NCBI RefSeq assembly: GCF_963921235.1
Contig: NC_086097.1
Coordinates: 201,874,001 to 201,938,000, forward strand
Length of the DNA stretch: 64,000 nucleotides
Source: Mobula hypostoma
Lineage: Eukaryota
Direction: 5' to 3'
How positions within the stretch are numbered: the first letter of the stretch is position 1; each line of letters begins with the position of its first letter. Position numbers and translations under genes: made by a program. Shown in pieces: positions 39,313-52,392 of this stretch. The notes under the pieces are model-generated. The model ran no database searches and was not told where the DNA came from. It saw only the letters and a list, made by a program, of their open reading frames with translations.

Positions 39313-40294
39313 ACAGTAAATGCTGAGATTGATTCTGCATTTTATTGATCACAAGATTGGTGGCTTCCTAAGAAACATCAAGCAGTAGAACTACGATCAT
39401 AAAGGTGGATGAACACTCAAGCGGCATTACATTTGAAGACACTCTGCACCACAAGGCATATAAGGCAGTTACAAGTGAATCTGGCACCAACACTGAAGTG
39501 ATCAATGATCCAATGATTCACATAAAAACGTTGCTGGCATTGGTGAGGGTACACAGAAATCTCTGCAATGCAACCAGATGCTCAATTTTGTCCTAAGATA
39601 CTGTTCACATCATAAAATCCCTCAGCTGAAGAAACGTATTGTTGAAGAAGTGCACAAATCTTATGTGGTAAGTGGGGGATTAGATCACATTGAACAAATG
39701 TAACATAACAAATTGCTTACGTGCATTCTGTGGGTATGTTTTTAAAAGGATTTGAGTGTCATATTATTTCAAAACAGAATTAACAAACACAGAAAGGCAT
39801 GCAATTTAACTGTAGCTAGTTAACAGATTTAAAATACCTGCTGGGACAGGCACAGGACTTTAAAATTCCTGACCCTTGTGTGCACTCTTAATATTTTGAC
39901 TAACAATGTACACACACATACAGTATATAGCCTCACCTGCTGCTTGTTCCTCTCACACATGGCCCTATGTATCAATAAAGGTAGAGGTAGGGGCAAGGGA
40001 GGATACCCAGAAATGTGGGCTTTGAAGAAGTAACTTATTCAGCCAAGACCATATTATGTCTGCTGAACTCGAAGCAGAAGTTTCAGAAACATTGAAAACA
40101 TTAAGTTTCATTCAGTTCACAACAGCCACACACCAATCAATTGACACACCACCAATCTGTCAATGTGAAATAAATGTTGCTGAGTCCAGTAGGAGCGCTT
40201 CGTATAGAGTTTTTCATTTTATAAAAGAATTTACTCTGGGCTGATTATTTTAGGATTAAATGTAGGTAGCTGTAGTAAACAAGGTAACTACGTA

Positions 40295-42637
40295 GCAGTG
40301 TACATTCCACCTCACACCAATATCAAACAGGCTCAAGAGGATCTGAGCAGTGTGATCAACATTGCCAAAACAACACACCACAACACCTCCACCATCATTT
40401 TGAGGGATTTTAACCAGGCCAGCTTGAAAAAGTCACTAAGTAATTATCATCAACAAACCACTTTAGTACCAGAGGAAACAACACACTGGACCACTATTAC
40501 ACCACAATCAAGAGAGCAATGCATGCTATTCTACGCCCACACTTCGGAAAGTCTGATCACCTGAGTATAGGCAGAGACTGAAGACTGCAGCACCAGCAGT
40601 GAGGACCAAGAAGGTATGGACAAGGGAAGCACAGGAGCATTTAGAGGACTGCTTTGAGTCAGTGAACTAGACTGTCTTCAAAGATTCATCTTCGAATCTG
40701 GATGAGTATGCCACAGTTGTTAGAGAATCCATTAAAATACGAGTATGTTCCTATAAAATCTTGCTGTACATTCCCAAACCAAAAGCTGTGGATGAACCAG
40801 GAGGTTCACTGTCTATGGAGGGCTAGATCTATGGCATTTAAGTCTGGCAACCCAGGTCTGAATAAGAAAACCAGGCTAGTTCAAGAGCAAAGAAATAATT
40901 CTGAGCGAGGTTGGAGGGGTCATCAGATGCATGTCAACTCTGGCAAGGTTTACAGAACATTACTTTCTGCAAGGCGAAACCCAATAGCATAAATATCAGA
41001 CAAGATCAACGCCTTGTCTGATATTTGAAAGGGATAATATAACTACAGCTGTGAAGATCCCTGCTGCAGCCAGTGACCCTGCGATTTCTGTCTCAGAGGC
41101 TGATGTCAGCCTGTCTTTAAGAAGGGTGAACCCTCGGAAGGCAGCAGGCCCCAATGGAGTACCTGGTAAGGGTCTGAAAACTCGTGCCTACGGACTGGTA
41201 GGAACATTCAAGGACATTTTCAACTTCTCACTGTTAAGGTCAGAAGTTCCCACCTGCTTCAAAATGGCAAAAATTATACCAGTGCCCAAGAAGAGCTTAA
41301 TGACTATCATCCAGTAGCATTCACATTTACAGTGATGAAATGCTTTGAGAGGCTGGTCATGGCCAGAATCAACTCTTGCCTCAGCAAGGACATGGACCCA
41401 CACTGCAATTTGCCTATCACCACAATTGATCTATGGCAGATGGTATCTCAATGGCTCTTCACAGGGCCTGAGATCACCTGGACAACACAAACATCTATGT
41501 CAAGATGCTGTTTGTTGACTATAGCTCAGTATTTAACACTATCATTTCCATAGACCTGATCAATAAGCTACAGAACCTGGGCCTCTGTAGTTTCCTCTGC
41601 AATTGGATCGTCAGCTTCCTAGCCAGAAGACCACAATCTGTGCAGATTTATAATAATATCTCCCCTGCTGGCACACCTCAGGGATGTGTGCTTAGACCAC
41701 TGCTCTACTCTCTCCATATTCATGATTCTGTGGCTAGGTATAACTCAAATGCCATCTATAAATTTGCTGATGATACAACCATTGTTGGTAGAATCTCAGA
41801 TGGAGATGAATCAGGAGTGAGGTACATCAGCTAGTGGAGTGGTGTCGCAACAACAGGCTTGCACTCAACGTCGGTAAGACGAGAGAGCAGATTGTGGACT
41901 TTCAGAAGGGTAAGATGAAGGAACACATTCCAATCCTCATAGAGGGATCAGAAGTGGAGAGAGTGAGCAGTTTCAAGTTCCTGGGTGTCAAGATCTCTGA
42001 GGACCTAACCTGGTCCCAACATATTGATGCAGCTATAAAGAAGGCAAGGCAGCAACTATACTTCATTTGGAGTTAAAGGAGATTCAGTTTGTCACCTAAA
42101 ACACTCAAAACAACCTTCTGCGGATGTACCGTAGACAGCATTCTAACTGGCTGCATCACTGTCTGGTATGTGGGGTGGGGTGGTGGTGGGGAACAACTGC
42201 ACAGGATCTAAAGAAGCTACAGAAAATTGTAAAATTAGACAGCTCCATCTTGGGTACTAGCCTCTGTAGCATCTAAGACATCTTCAAGGAGTAGTGCCTC
42301 AGAAAGGCGGCGTCCATTATTAAGTACCCCCATCACTCAGGACATGCCCTCTTCTCATTGTTACCATCAGGAAGGAGGTACAGAAGCCTGAAGGCACACA
42401 CTCAGCTATTAAGTAACAGCTTCTTCCCCTCTGCCACCCGATTCCTAAATGGACATTGAACCCATGAACACCATCTCTCTTTCTTTTTCTATATATTTCT
42501 GTTTTTGCACTATTTTAATTTGACTATTTAATATACATAGTTACTAACTGTAATTCAATTATTTTTTCTGCATTTATCATGTATGGCATTGTACTGCTTC
42601 CACTGTTAACAAATTTCACAAAATATGCCAGTGATAG
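40295..42637 (+). mobile_element. Rex1/Babar LINE (APE C-terminal part, RT, 3' end), degenerate
   Basis: [61 protein letters not shown]. Confidence 0.92.
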
Positions 42638-42649
42638 TTTCTCGCTTTC

Positions 42650-42745
42650 CCGATCTGATGAAATCTTTGACCAGAAACATTAATTAGCTCTCTTCCCATA
42701 GATGCTGCCTTACTTAAAGAGTATTTCCAACATTTTTGATTTTTT
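42650..42745 (+). repeat. Old solo Penelope pseudo-LTR
   Basis: CTGATGAaatctttgaccaGAAAC...ccatagatgctgcc; similar remnants at ~52805-52875 (+) and ~62680-62760 (-). Confidence 0.65.
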
Positions 42746-42788
42746 AATTACAGGTTTCCAAATTCTACACCTTTGTGATATAAAAAAA

Positions 42789-43210
42789 AGGGAGAGGAGG
42801 AGGAGAGGGCAGGAGGAGGGGGAGAGGGAGTGGGCAGAGATTGGGGGAGGGGTGGAGGAGTAGGGGGTGAAGGAGTGGATGAGTGGAGGTGTGGGGGAGA
42901 GGGAGAGAGAGAGAGAGCTGGGGAGAGGGGAGAGAGAGAGAGGGGTGAGGAGAGGGAGAGAGAGAGGGGGAGAGGGAGAGGAGAGGATGAGAGTTGGAGA
43001 GAGGGAGAGCTAGGGAAAGTTTGGGAGAGGGAGAGGAGGGGAGAGTTGGGGAGAGGTTGAGAGGGAGGGTGAGGTGTTTGAGGGAGGTGAGGGGGTTGAG
43101 GAGTGGGGGGGTTGAGGAGAGGGGGTGAGGGGGAGGAGTGAGGGAGAAAGGAGTGAGGGAGAGAGGAGTGAGGGAGAGAGGAGTGAGGGAGAGAGGAGTG
43201 AGGAGGAAAG
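42789..43210 (+). repeat. Polypurine G/A-rich low-complexity tract ending in 15-bp tandem repeats
   Basis: About 420 nt almost free of C; GAGTGAGGGAGAGAG repeated about 4-5 times at 43136-43205. Confidence 0.95.
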
Positions 43211-43365
43211 TGAGTTCCATTAAAGCCAACATAAAAGCCAAGGAGAGGGCAATAGAGCAAAAATTAGTGTGACGTTAGTAGTCAGCATGGTTTCCATGAA
43301 AGGGCAGAGCAGACTCAATGGGCCAAATGGCCTCATTTTGCTCCTATATCTTATGATCTTATATA

Positions 43366-44043
43366 TGAATCCCCTTTCCTCCCAGGCATCTCAGGAAACG
43401 GCCCATGAGCCCTCGCTGGCAGTCTCCCAACTCAGCACCAAGAAACCCACCATTCTCTGCCCTCATATCTAGGGCATACACACTTCGGTCCCCCCAAGTC
43501 CATGAGATAGGGAGGTCTCTCCCACTCAAGCCCCGTTTGTGTGAATGCCGTGTGATTTGCTGCCCTGTTACAGCTAGGTGGCAGGAAATAATAGACCACA
43601 CACTGCATATAATTAAAGAAAGCATATTTATGAATATTAACAACTAAAGAGTAAAGAAAGGAAAAAAAACAAAAAAAAAACTTTATAATTAAATAAGTCA
43701 AATGTGCACAGTTTGGAGCTCAAATCTTCTAAAAGTTATATTCACTGATCCTCAGTCAACTCCTGCATTTTGCTCCATCGAATCAAGGTTCCCATCAGAT
43801 GGAATCCTACAGCCGGTTCTCTCCAGGATCTTCTCTCTTCATCTTTGCCAAACAACGAGCAAGGCCCAAACCAGTGTCAGGCACAAAAGAACCCAGCTTC
43901 CCTATCCTTCTCTCTCAACTGGATGGCCCACATTCCTAAGCACATGTTATCTCTAACAATAACCCAAATACTGCTTCTGCAGAAAGACCACTACATGAAA
44001 TACCCTACAACAGTAGCAGTGAAACCTTTACCAGGGCGTTACA
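43366..44043. mobile_element. Probable solo LTR
   Basis: TG...CA termini with short imperfect inverted repeats (TGAATCCCCT and rc TGTAACGCCCT); flanks TATA/TATG resemble a 4-bp TSD; non-coding. Confidence 0.55.
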
Positions 44044-45329
44044 TATGTCAAAAGATTCTATGTTAAAAGAACAGCCTGGCCCGCAGTTGTTATCTTACAC
44101 TGGCTCATGCTGTGACCACTTTGATGACTGTTCATCTCGCCTTTGTCTTCTTTGCCCTCTCTTCGCTGATGATCCCCAAAGACAGATCATCTATTTGCAC
44201 AGTGTGCAGAAAGCAGAAGAGAACAATGAAATTGAAGATCTTATTTGATGATTCCTGGAGAGCTCCTTGGAGGTACATTGAGAATACAATCTCATTTGGT
44301 ACAGGGCAAAAGAAGTCTCAATTAAATTCCCCATGTTCTTGAGAGTTCTGTGCTATTGGCATTCAGCTCTAGTGTCTGGAGTCAGATGAAACTCATTCCC
44401 CAACCTATCCAGTATGACCACTGAAAGATGATAGGAGTTGTGAGTGGCTTAAATTGGAAGAATCATGCAGCCTCCAAGGATATTTTTCAATTATCAAAAA
44501 GTAGCTGAGCAGAAACCCAACAGCCTTACCTGACGGAAGGCAACAATGCCGGAAAATCTGAATGCAGGCTCTGCTTCCTCTTCTCTGCAGAAGGAAAAGT
44601 AGAGGAAGTTCCTTCTTCTACAGTGACCACAGCAAAGTTGGGTTAAGCAGCTTACTGGAGACATAGCATAAGTTAGCTGCAGTCAAGACTAGTAAGTTGA
44701 TTTTAATAGGTACTTTGACCTTAACTTGCATTCCAAGCATGGGTGAGAGCAAGCAGTTGAGGCCACAGAAAGTCACAGATCATTAATGACTATTTTAGTT
44801 AACATTAGCTTGTCGAGCCAGAGACGATGAGATAGGAACAGTTTGAGTCTCTGCAAACCTTGAGGGAAGGGATAAGATTCAGTAGTGAGCCCTCCTATTG
44901 TTTGTGATGAACATTATTAGCAAATGAATTTTTGAAAAAGCCACTGAATTTCAATGAGTGAATTACTTCTTCACAGGATTACTTCATTAAGGTGCATTTC
45001 TAGTGTTGGACACTTGCTAAATACTGGTGCAAGTCAATCCCTGCTCCGGTTTCCCTGGGTGACACACAGTGAGTGACTTGGAAATGGTCATTATTTTGTT
45101 TCAGACAGAAAAAGAAATGAATTTTAATTTGTTTAATTGAAAACAGAAATAAAGGACAATATTTCAACTCAACTATTTTTTTAAAAATTCTAACCCAACT
45201 AAATAGAATACCTTTCCAGCTTAGTTCATTGCAATTTGTGGATTTATTTAAGACTAGAGGGTCCAATTTTTACAGGGATATTTTTCCTTAATTTACCTGG
45301 CCTACTTTACTTAGGCTAACTCTATACTA

Positions 45330-45743
45330 CTTGTCTTGTATGGAGACTCCAATGCATAGGACTGCAAGGGGCTGCAGAGGATTGCAAACTCAGTCAGCTC
45401 GATCACAGACCCAACTCTCCCTGGCATCAAGGACATCTTCAAGAGATGGTGCCTCGAGAAGGTGTCATTCATCATCAGGGAACTTCATCATTTGGGACAT
45501 GCCTTCCCTTTCCATCAGGGAAGAAGTACAGGAGCCTGAAGACTCCCACTCAACAATTCAGAAACAGCTTTCATCAGATTTCTGAATAGTTCATGAATGC
45601 ATAAACATCACCTCATTATTTTTCTTTGCCCCATTTATTTATTTTGTAATTTTGTAAATGTATAACTTTACACTGCATTGCAGCCACAAAACCAAACCAA
45701 TTTCACATCACATAGGACAGTGATAATGAACCTGATTCTGATT
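45330..45743 (+). mobile_element. Rex1/Babar 3' fragment
   Basis: Same 3' region as 22098-23232; ctgattctgatt tail. Confidence 0.8.
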
Positions 45744-46569
45744 CTTGCTTTTCTCCTCACTCTGTCTTTGTGAATCATTTTTAAAAACTTCTTCTGCCAT
45801 CCTAATGATAGTTAAAATGACACAATTTATATATTGATCTTTAAGGCAAACCTGTATCTCTTGAATTTACTAACAAGATTTTCCTCCTGCTGAAACACCA
45901 CCTTGGGTAGCTACTGGTAAGTTATTAGGACCTGTCCTTCTAAATGCCTGGTTTGTTTACGTTACTGAGACCATATGCCAGGTATTTTAAGGTATTATCA
46001 AAATTTCAGCATTTTTGAGACAACTTGGAAGGAAATGAGGCTTTTCTGTTATTAATACATATATTAAGGACAGCAGTTGAAGGGAGATGCCTGTTTTTTG
46101 CTAATAATATTTCAATAGCAAATCTGTATCATGTGAAGAGCTTTCAACACTGCAGTGTCTTCTGTACCTGGTTAAGTAATTGGAATCAATGATGAAGTGC
46201 TAATATTCAAGGGAGAAGAAAAAGGCAACTAATTATCAACGAGAACCTCGGAAACTTCAGTGTATCCAAAAATCTATTCTTTAAATAGTTTTGAAATCTG
46301 AAAGCATGCTGATGGATAGTAAATTGCTTGTTCACAAATTGATGGATGTTCTGGAGGTTGAGAAGAGGAAGGAGTTGATCCACCAGCATCGCCCATAGAC
46401 TCGAATAGTTGAGGGAAAATGAGATTAGCAAGGTTTGCAGTGTTCAAGAATTTCAGGAATATGAAGTAAGATATGTTAATTGCAGCTACTCCTTATAAAG
46501 AAGCAGCATAGTGCTTCCACAAGCATTCTATAGGATGCATTAGGTCATGGTATAAATATATGAAACACT

Positions 46570-47097
46570 GCTTAAGGTACAGCTAGAAGGGTGTGTGCAT
46601 TTTTGGACACCACATGAATAAGGAGGACATAATTCCACGGGAGAGGGTGCCCAGGAAATTCACCAGGTACGTTGCCTGAGATGAAATGTTCAATTAGGAG
46701 AAAATGGATAAGCTGGCTTTGTTTTCCCTCACACAGTAGAAACCAAAGGTGAACTTGAGAGAGGTACAGACACATCGATAGGATAGATGATAAGAAACCT
46801 TTCCACAAGGCAGAGGCATCTAAGACAAACAAATATAGATTTAAAGTGAGGAAAAAGAGATTCATAGGAGATCGGAAGAAGAATTGTTTCACCTAGGGGG
46901 TGGGTCTGGATGCACTGCCTTAAAGAGTAGTGCTGTCCAAAAATTTAAGAAGCATTTGGTCAAGCATCTGAATCACCAAAGTGTAACATACTGTGGACCA
47001 AGTACTAGTAAATAGAACTAGTTAAGTTTTTGACAATCCATATAGATGTGGTGAGAGAAAAGACTTGTTTGTGCTGTAATGCGCCTCTATGATTCTA
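46570..47097 (+). mobile_element. Old CR1 3' fragment
   Basis: Degenerate ERVPRKFTR.LP and ctatgattcta tail. Confidence 0.7.
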
Positions 47098-47255
47098 ATG
47101 AGCATGATTATGGGAAAACTCCACTAGTAATTAATTCACCTGGAGAAAATGGCAAGCACTTCATATGGAATATTGTCCGAGAATGATTTTTTTTTGAAAC
47201 AATTGAAAACGTATTTTGCCTTTTATGCTAAATATACCAATATTCAGCAAATTGC

Positions 47256-48572
47256 CGACGACTGCATTGGCGCTGCTTCCTGCACACGTGCAGAACTCGT
47301 TGACTTTATTAACTTTGCCTCCAACTTTCACCCTCAAGTTTACCTGGTCCATTTCCGACACCTCCCTCCCCTTTCTAGATCTTTCTGTCTCTGTCTCCGG
47401 AGACAGCTTATCCACTGATGTCTACTATAAGCCTACTGACTCTCACAGCTATCTGGACTATTCTTCTTCTCACCCTGTCTCTTGCAAAAACGCCATCCCC
47501 TTCTCACAATTCCTCCGTATCTGCTCTCAGGATGAGGCTTTTCATTCTAGGACGAGGGAGATGTCTTCCTTTTTTAAAGAAAGGGGCTTCCCTTCCTCCA
47601 CTATCAACTCTGCTCTTAAACGTATCTCCCCCATTTCACATACATCTGCTCTCACTCCATCCTCCCACCACCCCACTAGGAATAGGGTTCCCCTGGTCCT
47701 CACCTACCACCCCACCAGCCTCCGGGTCCAACATATTATTCTCCGTAACTTCCGCCACCTCCAACGGGATCCCACCACTAAGCACATCTTTCCCTCCCCC
47801 CCCCTGCATTCCGCAGGGATCGCTCCCTACACAACTCCCTTGTCCATTCGTCCCCCCCTCCCTCCCCACTGATCTCCCTCCTGGCACTTATCCGTGTAAG
47901 CGGAACAAGTGCTAAACATGCCCTTACACTTCCTCCCTTACCACCATTCAGGGCCCCAAACAGTCCTTCCAGGTGAGGCATCACTTCACCTGTGAGTCGA
48001 CTGGGGTGATATACTGCGTCCGGTGCTCCCGATGTAGCCTTTTATATATTGGTGAGACCTGACGCAGACTGGGAGACCGCTTTGCTGAACATCTATGCTC
48101 TGTCCACCAGAGAAAGCAGGATCTCCCAGTGGCCACACATTTTAATTCCACATCCTATTCCCATTCTGACATGTCTGTCCACGGCCTCCTCTACTGTGGA
48201 CATGAAGCCACACTCAGGTTGGAGGAGCAACACCTTATATTCCGTCTGGGTAGCCTCCAACCTGATGGCATGAACATCGACTTCTCTAACTTCCGCTAAG
48301 GCCCCACCTCCCCCTCGTACCCCATCTGTTACTCATTTTTATGCACACATTCTTTCTCTCACTCTCCTTTTTCTCCCTCTGTCCCTCTGAATATACCTCT
48401 TGCCCATCCTCTGGGTCACCCCCTCCCCCCTTGTCTTTCTTCCCGGACCTCCTGTCCCATGATCCTCTCGTATCCCCTTTTGCCTATCACCTGTCCAGCT
48501 CTCGGCTCTATCCCTCCTCCTCCTGTCTTCTCCTATCATTTTGGATCTCCCCCTCCCCCTCCAACTTTCAAA
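47256..48572 (+). mobile_element. Penelope-like element fragment (YIDD region through 3' UTR), same young subfamily as 26536-29352
   Basis: Nearly identical by eye to the reverse complement of ~26697-28024; small deletions and stops; ends before the hammerhead. Confidence 0.93.
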
Positions 48573-48799
48573 TGTTGTTAGAATTAAATAAAAGCTCTAT
48601 TCTTGCTATCAGTGAAACAACTGATAAGATAAATACAGAATGGCAATGATAGGTAGGTTTCTTATTAATCTAGGGAAATGGTGGGTATAATATGGCTTGT
48701 GCTGTTACAAAAGATTGCTGCTGCATTGTTTGTGAAGCTATTCACAATGAACTCAATATAGTGGCCTAAAAACAGTACAATGAATAAGGCAGACTAAAT

Positions 48800-49400
48800 T
48801 GGATTTCAGGCACTTAACCTGGATATACAACATCTCCTTATTGATCAAGAAAGCACAGCAATATCTACACTTTTTAAGGAGATGGCGGTGCGCAAGGCTC
48901 TCTACCCCTATTCTAACCACTTTCCAGAGGAGTACCATCAAGAGGATCCTGTCAAGTTGCAATGCATTGGATCACAAGATCCTACAGAGGATAGTAAGAG
49001 CTGCTCAGAGGATCTCTGGGGTCTCCCTCCCCCACTATTTGTGACATTTGCCAGGAACATTGTTTACAAAGGGCCGAAAGCATTGTTGAGGATCCCTACC
49101 ACCCATCCCAAAATCTCTTTGACCTACTACCATCAGGAAGGAGGTACAGAAGCACCAGGACTTGGACTGCCTGACTGGGTAACAGCTTCGTCCCTCAGGT
49201 TGTGAGACTAATGATTACCCTGCCACCACAGAGTTTTGTCACTCAGACAGTGACCTGTTCACTGTTTACCTGTGCTGCACACTACATAAACTTTAAATTA
49301 TATTTTATTAAACTCTTTGTGATAATATTTCATTTTATGTGCTGTGTGTCATATCTGTTTTGTGGGAGCACCACAGTCCACAGGAATGTTGTGTTGTTTG
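48800..49400 (+). mobile_element. Rex1/Babar-type LINE 3' fragment
   Basis: KKAQQYLHFLRR...ILTTFQRSTIKRILS; ctaccatcaggaaggaggtacagaagc. Confidence 0.75.
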
Positions 49401-49565
49401 GTTTTTGTTTTATTTACCATGATTTCTGTAAATAGTGATGGATCGGTTAGTATAATGGACAATAGCATATATTACACCAATTTTGTTTTTTTGGACCTAT
49501 TTGCCATCCCTTAAACAATTAAGAACCACTAGAAAGCAAGCATCCACCAATTAGGATCAACAATT

Positions 49566-49875
49566 CACGGTAGCGTGGCGGTTAGCATGATGCTATCACA
49601 GCTCAGAGTGTTCCGGAGTTCGGGGTTCAATTCTGCCGCTGTTCTGCAGGAGCCTCAGTATATCCTCCCCATAAGAATGCATGAGTTTTCCCCAGTGCTC
49701 CAGTTTCCTCCATAGTCCAAAGCCATACCAGGTAGGTTAATTGGTCACAGTAAAGTTAGAGTTAATTGGGGTTATGGGGTTGTTGGGGGTGGTATGGTTT
49801 GAAGAACCGGAAGGGCCGACTCCACGCTCTATCACTAAATAATAAGTACACAAGTACATAAGTAAATAAATAAAT
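49566..49875 (+). mobile_element. tRNA-derived V-SINE (HE1-like)
   Basis: A-box-like gtagcgtggcggttagc, B-box ggttcaattc, V-domain-like cctcccc...gtgctccagtttcctcc..agtccaaag, CR1-like gaagggcc tail, (taaa)n end. Confidence 0.75.
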
Positions 49876-50056
49876 AACCAAGCAATACCAGGTACTAAAC
49901 TGCCTTCAGTTTTTGAAGCCATCAAACAGCTGGCAGGTGCTAAATTTATTCAACCCTTAGAGCTGCACCTAAAATAAGCATTTAACACAGAAGATACACA
50001 ATGTACAGTATCACCAAGGATAGATCTGGGATAAATAAAATCAAAAAGGACACATA

Positions 50057-52392
50057 CATTGTCTTGTAAAACTATTCCACCACCAAACCTTTGTTCACAT
50101 AAATGAGTACTACAACCAGGGATTTTGATCAATTTAACTGAGAGCTTTTATTTGTGAATCACATGCTACTTTTTTCCCCCACAGTAGAGGCCCAAAAAAG
50201 CAGGGAAAATTGTGAAGCATGAAAAACTAAAAATTTTAAAAACTCAAATGTTAGCAGTTCAAAAGTATTCACCTCCCTTTGCTCAGTACTTAGTTGAACC
50301 ACATCTCACAGATATTACAGCTGGCAGTATTTTGGGGTAAGTTTCTATTGGCTTCACATAATGTAATGGAGCAAGATTTGCCCATTCCTCCTTGCAAAAT
50401 TGCTCAAGCTGCGTCAGGTTAGTTGGGGAGTGGTGGTGGATGGTAATCTTGAGGTCTTGTCAGAGACGTTCAATTGGGTTAGGGTTGGGACTCTAACTGG
50501 GCCACTCAAGGACATCAATTTTCTTCTTTTGAAGCCACTCCGTGGCTGCTCTGGCAGTGTGCTTTGAGTCGTTCTCCTGCTGAAAGACAAACTTCCTCCC
50601 CAGATTTCCAGTCCCTGCAGCTGAAGAGCATCTCCATAACATGATGCTCCCTCCACCATACTTAACAGAAGGGATGGTGTTACCAGCTGATGAGGCAGTA
50701 TTAGGTTTATGCTTACCATGTAATACCACCTAGTGTTGAAGCCAAAAAGTTCCACGTTAGTCTCATCCAACCATAAGACCTTCTTCCTCGTCTTTAAGGT
50801 ATCATCTAAGTGATGTTTTGCAAAGCCTTTTTTTTTGGCACTTCCTTGCCACTTTTCTTAAATATCCTTTCTGTGCAAAGCCGTAAAGATTGTGGAGCCA
50901 TGAAGTTCATCTCCAGCTGCAGCCAATCTTCTACAACTCACTCAGAGTAATTGTTGGGAGCACAGTAGCCTCCCTTAAAAATGCCATTCTTCTCTGGTGA
51001 CTAAGTTTAGAGGGACAGCCTGACCTAGGTAGTTTAGCTGTGGTTTCATATCTTTTTCTATTTTTTCAGGATGGACTGTACTGAGCTCCAAGGTATATTC
51101 AGTGCCTTTGAGATTGACATGTAGCCTTCCCCAGATTTGTGCTTCTCAATTATTATTTTCCTGACTTGTCTTGAATGTTCTTCTGTCTTCCTTTTGGTTT
51201 GGTGTGTTCAAAATCTATCATGCTGTCTGTTGGACCTTACAGAGAGGAGGGGTACTTATTCTTGTGAATAAGTGATCCTCCAATTCTCTGCATCAACATA
51301 CTGGGTGAGTTGGTAAGGTAATTTACAGTATTGTACGCAAGGGAAGTTAGTATAGTAATTACAGAAGGGATGAATACTTTTTCAGTCTCAAAATTTTGGT
51401 TTTTAATTTTTAGTAAATTGTTGACAGGTTTTGGAACTTTTCTTTAGATTTGAGATGATACACAATGTTTTGTACATTAGCTCAAAAATCTGACCAATCT
51501 GACCACCCTGTGCGCATGCGCCGGTCGTGCGTGCAACCTGGTACAGCCATTCCGATCTATTCTTTTACTTTCTTCTTCTTACTTTTTAATTTACGTTATT
51601 TTTTGTATTTTTTTCTCACAGTAACACGTCGAAGCTGTACTCTCTCTAATATGCTGGTAGAGAGAGTTTTATTTGGGTTTTCTTTAGCGCTGGAAATGGT
51701 TACATCCCGACACGCGGGACAGAAGCAAGGTCACATTATGTATTCCACGGACCAGCAAATTCCGGTCGGCTTAGCGAACAGAGCGGCAGACACTCCTGCT
51801 GAAATCCAGAGGAAAACACACAGAGGGGGATCACAAAGCCGAGGAAAGAGGACCGGGTCGAGACAACAGAGACATTTGGAGAAGAGGAGTTCGGTGGGTA
51901 ATACTGTTCCGCCTGACCGGAAGTGCACTGAGAGCGGTAAGTGGCGTGAAGGAGTGGGGTGCTTACTGATCGGGCTAACAATGGATGGTGCAATCCGGGG
52001 TATATTACGATCTAGGAACGTGTTTGCAGACTGGATACTGAACTTTCTACTGTTGGACTTCGGCCACATTCCACCGTGATACAACACTTGGCGGCACGGG
52101 AGGTCGTTCCTGCCTGTGGTCATCGAACGTGCAGCTCCTCCTGTGGAGGGTCAGACACCCTGAGCCAATAGACTGGTCCTGGACTTATTTTCCATCTGGC
52201 ATAGTCTTGCATTTTGTTGTTTGATTGTTGGGGTTTTTTGTATTGCTATATTTACGCTCTATTCTTGGTTGGTGCGGCTGTAACGAAACCAAATTTCCCT
52301 TGGGATTACTAAAGTATATCTATCTAAATTTTTAAAAAAGGCAGTAAAATGTGAAAATAGTTATAGGGTTTGAATACTTTCACAAGGCACTG
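50057..52392 (-). mobile_element. Tc1-family (IR/DR type) DNA transposon, degenerate, with nested insertion
   Basis: Degenerate left end cattgtcttgtaaaactattc; right end gaatacttttcacaaggcactg; inner repeats at ~50258 and ~51368. [34 protein letters not shown]. Confidence 0.88.
51505..52326 (+). mobile_element. Rex1-derived rearranged non-autonomous element nested in the Tc1 terminal repeat
   Basis: CpG-rich head, RGKRTG-type motif, tail ttcccttgggattactaaagtatatctatcta. Confidence 0.55.

Noticed and set aside
43136..43205. CRISPR-like array
   Set aside because: Head-to-tail minisatellite with no unique spacers, in eukaryotic DNA with no cas genes.
42748..43260. Pro/Ser/Leu-rich ORFs of 158-170 aa
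   Set aside because: Artefact of a stop-poor low-complexity tract.
49566..49640. tRNA gene
   Set aside because: A/B boxes are present but there is no cloverleaf; it continues into a SINE body.
51465..52123. 204-aa and 130-aa overlapping ORFs
   Set aside because: They cross a Tc1/insert junction within repeat sequence; no recognisable domain.
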